The translations under genes and the position numbers were made by a program. Below the pieces are notes generated by a model. The model saw only the letters and a list, made by a program, of their open reading frames with translations. It searched no databases and was not told the DNA's origin. Below are positions 61,201 to 64,000 of a stretch of 64,000 nucleotides of DNA, piece by piece. Source of the stretch: the human T2T-CHM13v2.0 reference genome, Homo sapiens; NCBI RefSeq assembly GCF_009914755.1, contig NC_060926.1, one strand, 5' to 3'. Positions within the stretch are counted from its first letter, which is position 1. Each line of letters begins with the position of its first letter.

Positions 61201-62105
61201 ATTTTGATTCCCTTATTTCCTTTAGTTTGTGTTCAGCTAGTGTTTTGATATAGATTTTCTTGAATTCCAAGTGCTTGGAAACAAAACAAAACAAAACAAA
61301 AAAACACCTCTCAGTGTTTGACGATTAATTCTGTGCTGGGTCACTCTTTTAAGATTTAGCCAGCCCAGTTAAAGCTCTGGCCCAACCTTTACTTCCTACT
61401 TGTGCTGAGTGTGGACATCAGCCAATGATGAAAGCTTAAGGTTTTCTTGGGTCTTTTTTGAGCATGCATCCTATCCTAGTCATGTTCTTGGTTTCCAAAT
61501 TCCCCAGTATATACAGGCACTTTTGAGTGTTCTCATTTCCCAAAGAAATTACCTTCCTGGCTTTTTCTCCCAAGATTTAGGCAGTCAGTGGTGTGTTTTA
61601 ATGGTAATCTCTCTTTTACCTCAGTTGGCTGCAGGTTCTTCATTTGCCTTCCCTTTTTGAATAGCACCTTCTGTCTCCTCTGCTCTTGGTGGGATCCAAG
61701 ATATGAAACAGAAACAAGAACATTATGTCAGCCCTCAGGTAGCACCCAAACAGGTTAGAACAAAGAAACAATTATTTTTCAATAAACCCTGCTCTGCTCC
61801 TTCCAGAACCAGAGGCCAGGGTTCCATGCTGAGAACACCGGTTAACATCTTCAGGACTGCAGCAAAGCCATGGAGAGGTGTGGATAAGGGCGAGTAAGAA
61901 TGCCACAATTTTTGGCTACCATTTTTAAATTGCCCCCTTTTTTTTTTTTTTGATTCGGCATTCATTTGGTTACTGTATACTTTTGACTGTTTCTGGAGTT
62001 CTGACAAAGTTGGTTTTGACAGTTCTGCTTGTTTTAAATGATTTTTGTGAAGGCACAGATGTTTGGAGCTGCCTAATCTGGTGTTTTGTGGATATTGCTC
62101 TCCTT
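61201..62105 (-). mobile_element. Old L1M 5'UTR-like segment
   Basis: 'gggtcttttttgagcatgc', 'ttctggagttctgacaaagttggttttgacagtt' resemble L1MC/MD 5' ends. Confidence 0.55.
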
Positions 62106-62879
62106 TACTGTAATTTTATATTCCAATTTAAGTTAATGGAATTAATAAGTAAACCTGTGAATTATAAGACTTGCATTACACAAAGTACTGTAGGACGTAT
62201 GCTGGTGGAAGACGGACCCTCAAGAATTTGAGAGGTAGATATGACCTGCATATACATATCTATTACAGCAGGTAGTTTATGACCTGTAGTAAATCAGGGG
62301 AGTCAGGAAAAGATTAATAAGGATAACTTTTAAGGTGGACTTTGTAGCTTAACTAGGATTTTTATAGTTAGTGATAATAGGGAGAAAAAGTTTAGCTGGA
62401 AGAACTGAATAGAATCCTGTTTTATGAGTATGTAGGCTATTTGTAGAGTTTTGGTGGAAGATAGAGCCAGATGATCATAATTAGTTCTGTCTCTTATTTA
62501 AAAGACAATGAAAATAAAAGCTTTTAAGCAAAGAAATGCTACGATTTAAGCTCCTGCTTCAGAAGATTAGTTTGGCAGTGATGGGTAGAATGCATTGAGC
62601 CTACAAAATGTATATTACATACATAAAATTATATATACAATAAATGTGATTATATTAAGACTTTTGAAATCTAGGAACTCTTAGTTTAAGTCAATAAATA
62701 AAAGATTTGCTTATTTTAAAACCCATCTAACCATTATGACACCTAAGATTTTTAAAATACTAGGCAAATGCAGTTAAAAAACAAATTATGTTAAATTTAG
62801 TTTCAGAGTATGTTTCAATGAAATATGATAAATACTACCAGAAAGTTACTTATTAAAATACCATTTAGAATCCGCAATA

Positions 62880-63200
62880 CAAATAATCATGCTACAAGCC
62901 AATGCTTATTGGATGCTTCCTATATGCCAGGAAATATATGATGTTAATTTATATATGCTTTCTATAAGTATATTTTTCTAAGTGCTTTATCAGTGGCTGC
63001 TCATGTAACTCTCTGTTACACGTCTGCCAGCCTGTCAGTTAAGTACCATTTTTATCATATCATTTTATGAATGAGGAATCTGAGACTTCTATAAATTAGG
63101 AACTTGGCTTGCCACATAACCAGCAAATGGTAGAGCTGGGATTTGAATCCATTCACTCAGGCTCACAGATTTTGACCTTAACTGTCACATAGCACTTTCT
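62880..63200 (-). mobile_element. MIR
   Basis: 'cattttatgaatgaggaatctgag...ggtagagctgggatttgaatcc'. Confidence 0.75.
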
Positions 63201-63279
63201 CCCTTTTTAACAGTTATCAAGAATCTAGTATTGAAGTAAGATGTCGTTAAAAAAAAAAAAAAAAAACACAAAATGTGTA

Positions 63280-64000
63280 AAAAGAGACATTAAGAAAACT
63301 ACCATAGTAGTGAGAAATTACAATAGTCTTTTTGCTAAGTCCTCAATAGATTAGATAAAATAAATAAAAATTTATAGACTTTAAATATAATTAATACTAG
63401 CAAGATATTCATACAATAGTAGATATCTATCATAGGTCTGTAATAGATGTAGATGTATTTGTATATTAAACAGATTATATATTTATAGAATACATATCCC
63501 AAACTTTCTATTCATATATTTAAATAAATAATATAGTTTATTTTCAAGTGCCTATAGAATATGTACAACGTGAAAAAGTGATAATATCCTAGGGTGAAAT
63601 GTTAGTATCAAAATTTTAAAAATAATATTAATATGCATACCACATTCTCAATTTTCACTAACACAAAACTAGAAATTAATAGCAAAATGTTAACCAAAAT
63701 ACTTAATAAAATGACAATTTATTAACATGTTCCTAAAGTAGGTCTAAGATAATTTTAATATGTAATTATATAGTTTTTGATTAAAGGAAATGGCAATATT
63801 ACATTCCAAACTGCAAATGATGATGAGAAAAGAGTTCTCAAATAAATACCCTAAAGGCTTTTATAATTAAGTAAAATAGAAAAGAAATAAATAGAGTCAT
63901 ATCAATAATAATGTAGCGGGGAAAACAGAAAATTCACCTGTTAATACATTAGAAAAAAAATGATGAATCTAAGAATAATTATTTGATAGGGAGAGGAAAA
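63280..64000 (+). mobile_element. Ancient L1 ORF2 (endonuclease region) remnant
   Basis: A-rich; 'tcaagtgcctatagaat', 'aaactagaaattaatagcaaaa'. Confidence 0.5.

Overview
AT-rich, CpG-depleted primate (human-like) genomic DNA, not prokaryotic. The only coding sequence I can support is one 186-nt internal exon on the + strand (18280-18465, AG/GT bounded, phase 2-2). It encodes WD40 repeats that I recognise as SPAG16/PF20, an axonemal central-apparatus protein, and the supplied ORF track misses it. Everything else is intron of that gene, densely filled with nested transposable elements: about 16 Alus, primate and older L1s, MaLR (THE1, MST, MLT1) and ERVL (MLT2 and others) LTRs, one complete MLT1A0 provirus, L2, MIR, DNA-transposon remnants and microsatellites. 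I found no convincing new biological system. The most unusual structures are an old L1 whose 5'UTR is joined at an AG exactly at the end of a deleted ORF1 (possible spliced, ORF2-only L1) inside a two-headed L1 chimera, a ~140-bp monomer array with RFX X-box-like sites in an L1 5'UTR, inverted Alus flanking a frame-symmetric exon, a 19-bp-stem hairpin in an LTR, and several micro-inversions. Repeat subfamily names come from memory of consensus sequences and need RepeatMasker/Dfam confirmation.
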